From positions 108,314,001-108,378,000 of the forward strand of contig OZ296651.1 of assembly GCA_965655095.1 (NCBI GenBank): a DNA stretch of 64,000 nt. Direction: 5' to 3'. The DNA comes from Haplodiscus bocki (lineage: Eukaryota). Shown here one piece after another: positions 33,419 to 46,379 of the stretch. How positions within the stretch are numbered: position 1 is the first letter of the stretch; every line of letters starts with the position of its first letter. A program made the position numbers and the translations under genes. The notes under the pieces were generated by a model, which worked only from the letters and a program-made list of their open reading frames with translations, did not search any database and was not told the origin of the DNA.

Positions 33419-36400
33419 CTAACGTTTTTCGTTGGACAGTCGTGAAATTGGGAAAAGTTTCTTCTTCATTTGTTGAGATAGCTTCCAAAAATCCACTTAG
33501 AATTTCTTCAACGGAATCAGGAATAAATTGTCTCGGAAGTTTAGATCAAAATGGCAAGTAAGTTTAAACTGTATGGTTAAAACCACGAAAATTTTATTTC
33601 CAATTGATTCCAGTTAGTTTTTCAGAAACAGCAATTTGAGTATGTATTTCATATTTGTTTGCTTAGGCCCATCTAAAACAACAACAACAATCTAGCAACA
33701 GCAATTTATCTTCACCTCAGAAGACTACTCTGATTAACATGAGCTCTGCTTCTGCAAAGAAAAAACAACAGAGTTCTTTCTTTTCCAACCAACTGGAGAG
33801 AGTTTCGGCAAATTCGAAAGAGAACAATTGTAATGCTGCTAAGACTTGCTGCTTCTTTGACGATAATTCAATTGTTAGTTTGAAATTTCAAGAGTACCAA
33901 ATTTGGGAATATGAGTGATTTTTTGTCTGTCTTCACTGCTCAATCTAACGTAGCAAGAAGTTTGCTTCAGAACCATTTGAAGAGAAAACGTTCAAGTCAT
34001 CAAATGTCAGAAATGAAAAGAATTAACCTGACCAGGCCTTTAGTGATACGAAAACGTTTTGTTCATAACTGAAAAAAGTTTATCACAACTTGAAATAGAG
34101 GCAAAATTTTTGAAAATGAAATTAACTTTCATAATGAAAGCATTGAAATGTTTTAGATTGACGCCTCAACCTATGTGACAGCCGGGTTCCTACCACCAAA
34201 CACGGCCCAAAGCGAAAATTCCAAAGTGACCGGAATCCTCTGCGCTCCTGCCACGATGGCAATGTTGCAAGAAAAACAGCTGAACCCCCGGAACTGTAAC
34301 AAGGGCAGCAACCAGAAACGACAACAGAGATCAAACAACTATAACATGAACAACGATAGAATCCAACAAAACAACACTCTTCACACTAATTTCAATCCTC
34401 AACCAAAAATTTCGTCTTTATCGTTGCCAGAGACGTTCCCGAACATGGGCGCACTTTGCATGGAAACTGAGCCGGAGAAAACCCAGTCTAACCCTGTAGG
34501 AGTCAACTCATTTTGCCCGCTGCCGGAACGAGAGATGAGCTTTGATCCGATGTTAGGATCTCAGCTGGCATTCAAACCCGAGACGCCGATTATTTGTGAT
34601 CATGATATTTTCTGTCAAAGACCAGGTTAGGATGTTGGTCGTACCGCTGAAGTCCAAAGTATCTGCGTTCGTCTTAAAAGTTGACTACACACAGCTGAAT
34701 AGCATACACCGTTGTTTACACGAAAAGGTTGGGTGCTTTTGTTTTCAAATAGACCCGTTAAAAATGAACATTCACTTGGGGAAGGTCGTTGCTATTATGT
34801 CTATGTTGCTCGTATCTTGTCCTGGAACCGAAGAACTTGTAATTCTGAGGACTTTGGACAGATTATGATCATTCTGTAGTCGCACTTCCATAGGAGATGT
34901 GCCCGACTACTACCGTGGCCTTCATTTTCTTTTTTACCTCGTAGAACTACGAACTGTTCAGGCACCACTGATCAACTTCAGGAACACGAAAGCGATCTTT
35001 TTATCTAAAAAATGGAAAGGTGGCATGAACAAGAGGGGAAGAAGAGTAAAAATTGGTGGTATCAAATGCCGCCTGTGTTGTTTTCGGAAGATCTATAAAA
35101 GGGTTATCACGAAAGAGTAAGTCTCCCTATACTTACTTTCTGGCAACTGATAGCAGTTTCATTCACTCTAACTCCTTTAGTTGCTGTGAACCAAAATGTC
35201 TTCTTTTTTGTCGCTGACTTTCGAGTGAGGATGATAAGCAATTGAATTCTATTTCAAGTGTAACTGACCCAAATTTTCTCAGAAATTTGTCAATTTTAGC
35301 TGCCTAATATTTTCTGCTGCAGAATCATCAAGTCAATTCACGTATAAATTGGCTTCCTCCCTCTTTTACTACGCCAACTTCTCAGAGCGCAATGCACAGT
35401 ATCCTGCGTGTTTGTGTTTTTTCTATTTTAGCTAACCTAAAACAAATTTCTGACTGCGAACAGGCCGCCAGAGAAATCTGAATCAAAATCAGAGCGAGTA
35501 GAAATTAGTCTGTGTGCTTACTTCTTGCGGCCTTCAGTGCGTGGAATATAGTTCTTTCCGATTAATTTGCGTAGCTCATTAAAGTTTATCTGCTTCTATG
35601 GTTTTGAGCAAATACCGCTATATGTCTGCAATGCGATTGATTAAAAGTGAGCATCGGAATTTCAACAGCCGACATTTTCCTTTGTTCCGTTGGTTTTAGT
35701 GTGAATCCAATCTCTTAGACTGCCTTGCATAAGGCTGATGTCTCTAGAAGCGAAGTGATTGTGACATCTAAGACAAGGGAGAGATCACAACTCCAGTAGG
35801 AATTCGTGCATCGTTGTCAGAAAAATGGGTCGGGGGGGGGGGCAATTTAAGTGACAAGATGTCAGACTTGTATAAATCAAACTAAACGTGTTTCTAGGCG
35901 TTATTCTGTCGCCATATGATGGAAATGTCTGCGAAGGAGCACCAAAAGTGTCTAATAGTGCAAGAGGGGAAAATAGAAGCGAACAAAAAGACATACTGTC
36001 AGTCGCCTGTGGTGGTAAACAGAAAATTCTGGGCTGTTTGTTTTTAGGTTGCATGTGCTTAAATGAGTTGTGGCAGAAAATGATAAACGTGTGGTAACGC
36101 GAAAGAACGCCTAATGACTTGGCTCGCTCAGTCTAGTTGTAAGAAAAAATGTTTGCGCTCTTCGTTGTCGAGATGATTCTGAAGTTTGGATTGCATATTT
36201 TTACCTTCCAGAAAAAGCCCTTCTAGTGATAACTCTACAATTTGTTGTGCAGAGATTCAAGATTGTTGTAGGGAAAGCTTGCTCCCTCTGAGATTATGGC
36301 GATTTTCCGAAAGTTTTTCACTGTGAGGCAGTTTCAGTTCTGGAGGCCATATAGGCAGCTTTGTGTGATGTGAATGCTGGCCTCAGGCCAAGACTGGAAT

Positions 36401-39400
36401 GTTGGGTTGGCAGGTAAGCCAGTTGCCAGTGAAGAATTTGAGCGTACGCGCCATAATCTTTTCAGAGCGATTAAGAGGATTTCATTAAACTGGCGAAAAG
36501 CCAATTGGCTCGAAAAAGCGGACGCTGTTCCTGGTATGGGACTCACCTTGCAAGAACTAAAGCAAGAGCGTAAGGTAGCAGTTTTAGTTTGGGCATTGTC
36601 CGGATGACTGACTACTTGACAACGTGACAACGTGATGGCAAATTCTGTTTTGAGCAAGCATACGCTTGAATATTTCTTAATGAATAAATAATTGTAATAA
36701 TAATGTATTTCTTATAAAACATCCATATAATAAATTTTTCCTATAAAGGCTTTAAAATAACTGTTTCCTTCAATTTTCCTGAGACGTTCGAAAAGAGCAG
36801 GAGTTGTTCAGGATTTTGATGGTGATGCCCTTTGAACGAGTGGCTGCTTTGAGAGTTGTCAATCACGTCGTGCCACAGGACAAAGTTTTCTTCTTTTCTC
36901 AATGATTCCTGTTTCAAGAGGGTTATCAGAGTTTAGAATGCATTTTTCTTGCGGGTTTGAGGCGTAGTCCAGGACTAGCGGTAATGTTGGATAAGGTGGC
37001 CGGATTTTTCTTTTTCAAAAGATTCATTGCATATTAAAATGAGCTTGCCGCTATAATATGGACCAATTCAATATCAGTGAACGAAATATCAAATTGGAAT
37101 TATCTCACCCATTTTATTGTTTGGAGATAATGATTTTTGGAGGTCAATATCAGATCCTTCGAGTTCATCAAGTTGTCGGGTTAGATCTACTTTGACTCTA
37201 TCGGGTTTACTTTTATCCCTTTCCGTGGATGCATGATAATTCAGTTCACTTTTGCATGATTGCTCATTTCTTTTTTTTTCGTGAAATTTGTTATTTGTAC
37301 TTGCATGATAGGTTTGTTTTTTCTTATGTGTTAGTTCACGTGAATTGGCTGATTTTCTCTTTTTTCACTATGCTAATTCTTTACTTTTGAATACCTTGCG
37401 TCCTTGATGCCTGTGTTTCAGGCCCTTTACCCAACATCGGAAGTGATCAGCACATCACTGAGTCACCGCTTTCAGGAGGTTTTGATTTTATGGAAAAACG
37501 GAAGTTTGACTTCATGCCTTTTGACCAACGGCCTTGGTCTACCGGATTCCCAAACAGCCCCAGCTCTTCCAACATATTTTCGCCTTCCGACCACTACCAA
37601 TTTTCATCCCCTTTCCAACAGCCGTTCGAAAAAAATGTTCATGATGTCCAAACTCCGCAACCCGAAGTTTGCGGTCAAATTTCGGCAGTCACCGAAATTG
37701 CAGGAAATATGGACGCTTGCGACGAGTTTCAAAGTTTTGCGAAGCATAATAACAGTTTCGACATCAAAGTGCCTGTTAATGAGAGTCAGCAATTTTGCTC
37801 TTTTGCCGACGATCAAGCAAGAATGCCGGAAAATAGTTCTCGACTTCAAACTGAGCTTCCGGGAGATCCCGTCCACAATGTTTTAGATGGCGGCTTTGGT
37901 GTTTCGCAAGCAGGTTTGAATCAATTTGTAAAATCATTTTGAGAAACAAAAACTAAATTAAAACAACATATTTCGATAGTGACACTATCATCTTCCGGTC
38001 TAAAATAGATCATTTTGAGAAAATTGACTTGAATTGTTGTTCTAAAATATATTCGACTTATTTTTGTATATGCAACACTTCATGAGATATTCTCCTTAAT
38101 TCGAAAGAGAACTGTATATTATATTTATTTTTTACATATATTTTTTAAAAGATGCAACAAATTTTGACAAAAATCATGGACTTAAAGTCGTGGAATAAAG
38201 TAAGTTGAATGAATGCGAAAAATTGGATTCCGTGGATATTTTTTTCATAACTCACCAATGATCAAGGATTAAAACGACACATTTTTCAGACGGTTCATGA
38301 AAGGGTGTGTATGGCAAATACCGAGAATTGCTGTACTGTCAAGCTAAAACAGTAATGAAATCGAAGAACTTTGATCTAACAAATTTTATCAAAACCAATT
38401 TGTGGCAGAGAAGTAGATGAAGAACAAGTTGTTCAATAATTGTTTTGCGATTGTGGGAAGCCACTGAAAGCGCTCTATTTTCAAAAATAAATGTTGACAC
38501 TCATCTCAAAATTGAAAAAATGTTGAGCTCTTTATTAAGGCTGCATACGGCGCCGTATGCGATGAACGCCAATGTGAAAACTGTACAGTAGTGTCAGAAA
38601 AGAATGGAACCTTTATTTGTGAATTAATTCTGGAACGCTACAATTATTTGCGTAACCCTAAAAAAAAGACTGAAAATCACAATATATGGTCGAAGCAAAA
38701 GTTTCTTAGAATTTCATCTAGTTTACAATGCTCTCTGTTGGAAACTTCTAGAATCATTATTATAGAAGTTAGGAGATTTTGCATCTCTATGTATTAAGAA
38801 AGGAGGTTGATTTTGCATCACAATAATTGTTTTCTACAATAATGATTCTAGAATAATGATTCTACAATAATGATTCTAGAAGTTTCCAACAAAGACCATT
38901 CTAAACTAGATGAAATTCTAAGAAACTTTTTTTTCGACCATATATTGTGATTTTAGTCGTTTTTGAGTATTAAGCAAGTAATTGTAGCTTTCCAGAAATA
39001 ATTCACAAATAAAGGTTCCATTCTTTTCTGACACTACTTACTGTACAGTCATAATTTTAATTAATGCGACAACTTTAATGCATAAGTCAACTTTAAGCAC
39101 GAATAACTTCGGGAATAATTATTTTGGACAAAAGTCCTAGAAACAAAATAGGAATTTTTAAAAGATTATAATGGTCTGTTTGAAAAATTTCCAACGAATA
39201 GAGAAGAAACTAGAAAATGCGTTTTTGGCCGATTTTTGAAAAAAATTTCGAGAATTTCGTAACTTTAAAAAAATTAATTAAGGAATTTTATTTCATCAAT
39301 AGATTTCTCTGATGTTTCTGCGACAGCTGATATCATCTCTCGGTGGAAGAGTTTTCAAAAACTATTTCAAAGTCCATCTTCAATCTACTAAATTTGAAAA

Positions 39401-40375
39401 TCAATGAAAATAGGATGTTAAATTTATACTTATACTTCCTGAAATTTCTTCTGAGAATTCCTAGTTGTCAAAAAAGTGATAAAGATAAAAGCCCTGGGGG
39501 ATAACCAAAACTAACAAATTATGTAACTTGTTTCTTGCTATCTTGCGTCATTGTCAGGGTTTTTTACGAAAACTGCCAAAATTAGTCGTTATTATCAATG
39601 CTTGCATAATTTACTCAACTTTGGGACGCGATTTTTGACCTCTTTGAATTACTTATTTTGGCAAATGAAAAACCATGTGGTAGCCGTTTTAATGTGATTT
39701 CTCCGAGTGCCTTTGTTTACTCTGATCTCCTTTTATGTACTTCTCCACTTAGGATTTTGTAAAACGTATCAAAATTGCTTAGTCGCATTAATTAAAATGA
39801 TGACTGTATACGATAAAGTTGACTGTAAACAGCAAATTACCCATCCCTGCCAGTGATTGATGTTTCGGCCTTCACAAAAGTTTTTAATCAACAACTATCA
39901 ACTAATGGTTTGTTTACTTTCCGGTGAATTTCCTATGAATAAAAATGTTCGATAGCCGCAAATAAACAATTTTTCTGTGTAGAAAATAAACTCGAATCAA
40001 TTGAAAATCTTGGATATGCTTTCCTTCGGAAAATTAGTTCCTCAAATTATTTCTTTGTCATGCTTTGCAGGAATGTTCGCTTCTCTTCCTGAAATGGGAA
40101 CGCCCAACACCAAGAGCGAACGGGCCCCTGAACGTTCCTTGTCGGACTGGACTTCTTTGATGGATGAAAGTCTCTCAAGTGTTGGATCCTTCATGTGGCC
40201 TCACCGAAACGAAGTCGTTTCTTCTTTCGACAATTCGGAGTCGCCAGTTTTTGAGAAAGAAAATGTCGCTGTTCATAGCATGCCAAATTTTGCGGCTTCA
40301 GCTGCTCAAAGTGCCCAGGATCTAGAAAGCCCGCTTAGTTTCCGAAAACAACCAAATCATGGCGCTTTCTTTTGA
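33419..40375 (+). CDS. 3' exons of an unidentified spliced host gene encoding a low-complexity Ser/Gln/Pro-rich region
   Basis: Phase-consistent GT-AG exons: 34157-34625, 37422-37913 and 40071-40375 join in phase 1 and end HGAFF*. 33419-33557 joins an exon starting at 33667 in phase 2. Junctions between ~33830 and 34157 are uncertain. Confidence 0.65.
38586..39043. mobile_element. Palindromic Tc1/mariner-type MITE flanked by TA
   Basis: Arms of ~180 bp: cagtagtgtcagaaaagaatggaacctttatttgtgaat vs attcacaaataaaggttccattcttttctgacactac; TA on both sides. Confidence 0.88.
39046..39806. mobile_element. Tc1/mariner-type MITE with ~25-bp TIRs and TA TSD
   Basis: ta|cagtcataattttaattaatgcgac ... 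gtcgcattaattaaaatgatgactg|ta. Confidence 0.88.
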
Positions 40376-40646
40376 TTTGATCTGTGAAAACTTTCTTTTT
40401 CGCTCTTTGAAAATTCTGTCGAAAATGTTCAAACTTTCGTGATGTTGAGTTTATTTTAATGTTTATGACAATTTAAAATTTGATTTTGTTAAATCGTTTA
40501 TAGTTGTTTCAAATAGTTTTCAGTGAATTTGTTTTTAGCTGAAACTTGATTCTCAAAAATCTTGAATCTATTTTGTGATTTATCGTTGAATTCGGAAATG
40601 TTGATATCAACTTATGATCATAAAACATTTTGTGATAAAGTTAATA

Positions 40647-40819
40647 CAGTGGAATCTGGCTAAATCGTAGCGCTAGGGACGAGTTAAAATTGTACGAGTA
40701 ACGAGCAATAAGAATTAACCAGGGTTCAATACATTATTTCCTTCACAATGGGCTCAAAACTGAATACGAATTGAATGGATATCCGAATTATCCGGATACC
40801 AACTAACCGAATTCTGCTG
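40647..40819. mobile_element. Possible old pogo/Tigger-like MITE
   Basis: ta|cagtggaatctggcta ... taaccgaattctgctg, degenerate TIRs. Confidence 0.35.
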
Positions 40820-43099
40820 TTAGGTGAAATTTACATCAAATAGTAATGTCTCGGGCAATATCGTGCTTTAACGTAAGAAAAAAGTTGCGAACATTGACTT
40901 TATCAGCTACGGTTTGTTTCAAATTAAGAACTCCAAAATTTCCCCAAATGTATCTATGTGTGACTAAATTGCAGTTTGCTTGAATTTCTGTCTTTCGTTT
41001 GATTTGAATGTGTAAAATTTTGAATTTCATAATCCAATTCTTTTGTTTAAATTGCTGATGTAATCACTCGCTGTTGTTTCTCTTCTTCATTTAGCTTCAA
41101 GTACTTTTAACTCGGAAAGTTTCATACATGTGTAACCTGTCGGGACCCAGGAATTTGTTTCCTATGATCAAATAGGAAATGGTTGTCTAAATTTTGATCC
41201 GCATCTTCATTGAATTTCATTCTAATTAGACATTTGAAGAGAATTTCCAACAAGGACTTCGTTTTTCAGCAGTGATGTTCGATTTGTTATCGACAAATTT
41301 TTGGCATTTGAAAAACTGGCGCAGTATTTTGTTGAAGCTAATCTGTCTCAGTTAGTGTAATGCTTGAGCTTTAAATGCAGTTTCCTGATATTCTTTTCCC
41401 TCTGAAGGAGCATAACTTCCACACATTACACATCGAAGGGCATTTGTGTCTTCCAGTCCACAAACTGAAAACTGAATTTCAGTTGCATGGAATCGGCTTC
41501 GTTGCATACTTTGAATGCATTTATGGTTATGTAACACAAATTTCAACTTGTGGCTCAGCTGGGAAAATTTCACGCTTTCAACTGGTTTGTATGGCTTTCA
41601 GGTTGAAAATCGGACGGGAAGTAGATACGCATGAATTTTGTCAACCTAAGTTCCAATTGTTTCGTTGCTTAAATCTTTTGTTTTTGGTTTTTGTTTATGG
41701 CTAAATAATGATCTGTTTACAATCATTACGTGTTTCAAAATCCAGTTATCTTTGTTGGAAAATCAAATTTCTGTACAATTTTTTTGAGACTATTAAAGGG
41801 CGCAAAAGTTATGGCGTCCAACTGGTTTTTAACACAGCTAGTTTGTTATGGCAGATTTAAGCGCAATGGTAAGCAAAGCAGGTATTTTGAAATTTTAGAA
41901 TTTACGTCAGTAGTATATGCTGGGGGGTTCGCCGCAGAGTTTCAAGGCTCCGTAAATTTTGTTAAGATTCCAACTTTCTGCTCAAAATGGCCATATACTG
42001 TAACCATCAAGCGCACACAGTATTCCAAGAGCCAATGCAGTGCATAAGACCGGCATCCTAAACATTTACCTTATGGAAAAGATGCGACTTTTAACATTAC
42101 TAGATCACTGTTTCCTTCGACCTGATCCGAAACTACTGAATTACCAGAGTTTGAACAGTCTATAAGAAGAGCCAACCCTCATTTACAAATTTAGACATTA
42201 CGAAAGCAGATTAAACATCTGCCGAACAAGTCGGCGACAGCCCAAAACCATATTTGAAAACAAACGTTACTTGCATGATGCCGAAAACAAGAATAATTGC
42301 TCAAATTGCCGTTTCGTCCTAAATTCCCATAAAAGAAATGTTTTCACACAGCCGAACTCAACAAAACAATTGATGTAGAAATCTGAGCGAGTCGGAAAAA
42401 CAATGGGTTAGCGACGTCAAAACACCAAAATCAACAAAGTGAGGTGTACACTTTTGGAGCGCACAAAAAGTATTTTCATTTCGAATGGCCGTTAGTAGCT
42501 CATTTCAGAAACATTCTGAACATATCGTTGCTTCATTGGATTTGCATCGAGGAAGATAATTTCACAACACCGAACTCTAAATAGTTGATGTGCAGGTCTT
42601 CCTGAGACCAGGCCCTGATTAGGAAATGATTGAAAAAATGGCTTGAGGCCAGAAAAGGAAATTCATAATGAACTTCGGTTATTTTGTACAGTGGCATCAA
42701 GGCAAATGATTTCATACTATCCTATTCCTCTGAACATCCGATATACATAAGTGGCCGCGCCAAAAATCCATATTTGGAAAGAAGTAAACATCACTTGCAG
42801 GATGCCGAAAACGAGGACACTTTCTTGAAACGTCGTTCTTCACACATTTGTATCAAGGATGCCTACACACCTCCTGACCACCCGAAACATTTGTTATACT
42901 TGTTTTGCTGAGTCCCAAAAACCGTTCGCCTTAACAATAAAAGTTTCATCCAAAATTCTGAGTACAAAAGCCATACCGAAGACACTGTTGCTTCGCAAAT
43001 TGTGGTCGGAGAAAGCTTTAATCACCCGGAAAGAAATCTGATGAGCAGATTTAGGACTGCATTCGAAAACAAATGTACCTTGGTCTCAAAATGTTGAAA

Positions 43100-45700
43100 A
43101 TCAAATAAACTCTGAAGTCACTTCGTTCGAAAAGTGGAACCGTTGACTTTGGTTTTACGCATCTGAATTCAAACAAAAATAGTGGCATACCAGCTCGGTC
43201 GATCTCAGAAATATACAAAAAACAATAACTGAAAACCAATGAACATTATTCGTACAAGGCCTGAACCTAAGATACAAATATACAAATAGAATACCTCCGT
43301 GATTTCGAAGCCAGAAGGTATTTTGGAAACACCGAACAAAACCAAACCTCAGACAGACGTGTGTTGAGTGCCCAAAAACAATTGAACGTTAGCAGCAAAC
43401 TGACTGATCATTTATCATGCTGACGAAAACTAACTATCTAGTAGAAAACACTGTCAATGGACAGCCATGAGTATTCTATTACGTCCTTCGACATTTCACT
43501 TCTGGGGTTGAAAACGGTTGTTTAGAGTGGCTAACATTTTCGATCGGAAATTCAGACTTATATGAAGTAATCGAAAGCTCGCTGAAAAACTGAAGGTTAT
43601 CTACATTGTTTTCCGATGTTTACCAATTCGGTAAGGTATGCAAGCAGCCTCCCTTCCACGAGTTATCAGTGAGCTTTACTTTGAATATTTCGTCACACAG
43701 ATATTCATCCAACATTCTTGCGACAGTTATTCGTTCAAGACAAAAACCCAGCTCGACAGCAGGGAAAAACGTCTCCTGAAATATTTCTCCATAAAAGCAG
43801 ACGAAACTATACAAAGTTCGAATGGCATTTAAACGTGTTTTTTGTTGGAAAAAGTTTCAAAACACTGAAAATGAAAGTACATGAAAAACAGAAAATGAGC
43901 GCACTCCAATCTGGAGCAACCGGGACAAAAGTTTAAGGAAATCTCAAGTGGGACAAATGTTCAATGGGAAGACACAAGAAGTCATCTACAGCTTCAATCG
44001 TTCTACACTCCACAATAAGTTGTGCACGGTAGTAAAGTATACAGCCGGCAATAGATACAGCACTGACCACCCCTGTTCCCACGACGGTGTTTCAGCAGAA
44101 ACCATTGGAGCAATATGGTTGCAAAAAGTCTACGCCGAAAATGTACAACACGAATTCAGAGGTCTGTACAACGAATTAGGTCCTTTGATTGAACAATGGT
44201 GAGAAAAAGGACTGACGTTTGAACTGTTTTAGCTAGTACCGAAAGTCACTTCTTTGAAGCTGTTATACAAGTTTGTGATCAACTGTCCAACGTAGAGATA
44301 AAAGTAGTAGCTGTTCCATTGGTTGGATATGGTCGCCTAGAAGGCTTCGGAATTACACTAAAACCTCCTCGCAGAGCAGAACCGATTACAAAATGGCTGT
44401 TGTTTGGCATCTTTGGGTTCCCAAGGAGGGCGCTTTCTCGAAGCGTCAAACAAATGCAAGACGGTAAGAAATTCTGATTTGATGAAGAGAAGTCTTGATC
44501 ACAATATGCCGATGCTGAACCCATAAAATGGATGCCACACAAAGCTGAAGAGGACAGGGCTCTTCAGTTAAATTAATAGATTCTCTACCAAACTTTCCTC
44601 AAATTGAACATGCGGAACGAAGATTTTAAGGAATGGAACTTACAACTCGAGGGAACCGTGTAATGGGACCGGCTTCAAGCAACTTGTTTTTGAACCACAT
44701 CCCATACTTGAAATAAACCAACCTGCAGATATTCCTTGACTGATTCAATTTGATGCAAAATGTCTTTAAAATCCGTCAAACGAAAAAAGACAGCTAAACA
44801 ACGGTAATGCAGGTAGCTACCGTGTTATGAAAAACACTCGATGGTAGGAAACCCAATAGATGATTTGCTTCATTTTCAAAGTTCAATTGATTTGACTCAC
44901 CAAAAGACCAAAAGTTGCAACAAAAGTTCTAGCTCTTCATATTCCAGAGTTCCATCTGAAAATTTCAAAACTTAAACAATGCGATGCGACGGGTTTTCGA
45001 GATCGTTCTTAGACTCTTGTATTTTGCTTTGCGTAATTCAACCAGGTAACCACACGCCAGGTCTGAACAAAAACGACCTGCAGAGTTAACCTGATCGATT
45101 CAACGAATACTTTCCAGTAACGTTAGTCAAGAAATTTTAGCAGAGTTCCAAAGTTAAGCTCTTTTCACCTCTGGTGGAAAATAAATCGCTGCTCAAAGGC
45201 TCCGCAATCAGTTACTTCAAAAACAGCCATGCAGTCGAGAGTCAGACTAAAAGTGACAAAAAATTGACTCTCCAGTCTAACAATAACTGCTTTCAGCCAT
45301 CTTTCAACTTAAAACTTGCGGGAGGAAAAATAGACGCTCAGAGCAGAAAACTTAAGATGATCCATCTGAATATTCAATACTGAAAGAACACCCTTTACAC
45401 AACTTTGATAACTTAGCATCCAAATCTGCTTTCAAAGGAAGATTGATGTTTGAGTCCCTATGGTTCGAAACATTGCTTGCCAGACACAAACCGAAAAGCA
45501 CATTCAGTATTCCGGTTTAATCTTTTTCAGCAAAAGTCTTAAAACTTCTTTAAAACAGGTGACTTCTTGGTCATTCACGGAAGCTGTAATCAAATTTACT
45601 TAACACGACTCACCATTTCCTCAAAACGATGCAATGTCATCAGAAACTAAAACCTCCATCTTGCTTGCTTGCTTCGATCGCTCCAAGTTTTGCTAATGAT
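43100..45700 (-). mobile_element. Heavily decayed Ty3/Gypsy-like pol remnant
   Basis: Reverse strand shows eroded motifs in Gypsy order: RT start (SDGTL, ~44960), RNase H (LGNP...FVIGSA..GFSVI, then FVVQT, ~44150-44430) and integrase-like remnants (~43300-44100). Confidence 0.5.
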
Positions 45701-45901
45701 ATAAATGTCATTCAATATTAGAATCTGTTTTATAAACAAACACATCAGCCTATTTTAGCCGCCCATGCAAACTGTTCTTCAAGACTGATGTTTTCCTCAC
45801 ATCTTGGCTGAAATCGCTGTACCATCATTCGACGCACTGCTTCATTTGTTGCCAGTGTCCATCGATTGTTTGAATAGACGGGAAGGATTTCACAACTCAA
45901 T

Positions 45902-46101
45902 NNNNNNNNNNNNNNNNNNNNNNNNNNNNNNNNNNNNNNNNNNNNNNNNNNNNNNNNNNNNNNNNNNNNNNNNNNNNNNNNNNNNNNNNNNNNNNNNNNN
46001 NNNNNNNNNNNNNNNNNNNNNNNNNNNNNNNNNNNNNNNNNNNNNNNNNNNNNNNNNNNNNNNNNNNNNNNNNNNNNNNNNNNNNNNNNNNNNNNNNNNN
46101 N
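45902..46101. other. Assembly gap (200 N)
   Basis: Run of N. Confidence 1.
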
Positions 46102-46379
46102 CCGAACTAGAAAGGTGAAAAATGATTTTGAATATGCTGTATTAGCTTTTTTTTCAAAATGAAAACTTCTATAAAAAAGACTGAAAATTGATCGCCCCCT
46201 GAAATACGTTTTGAATGTCAACGATTGACAATGCTAAGCGAACAGGACACATTTTTAATGAAAAAGTAGCTGATGAATGATTTAGAACTAATAATTAAGA
46301 AATGAAAAACAAACAACGTTCATTAAATTTTTATTTCGCGAACCATGCCGAAAGGTTGAGTTACTTTTTTTATTTAAGG

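Noticed and set aside
34640-37200. Possible LTR-retrotransposon gag/pol debris in the host intron
   Set aside because: No diagnostic motif could be read confidently
45745-46221. ORFs spanning the N-run
   Set aside because: Artefact of the assembly gap
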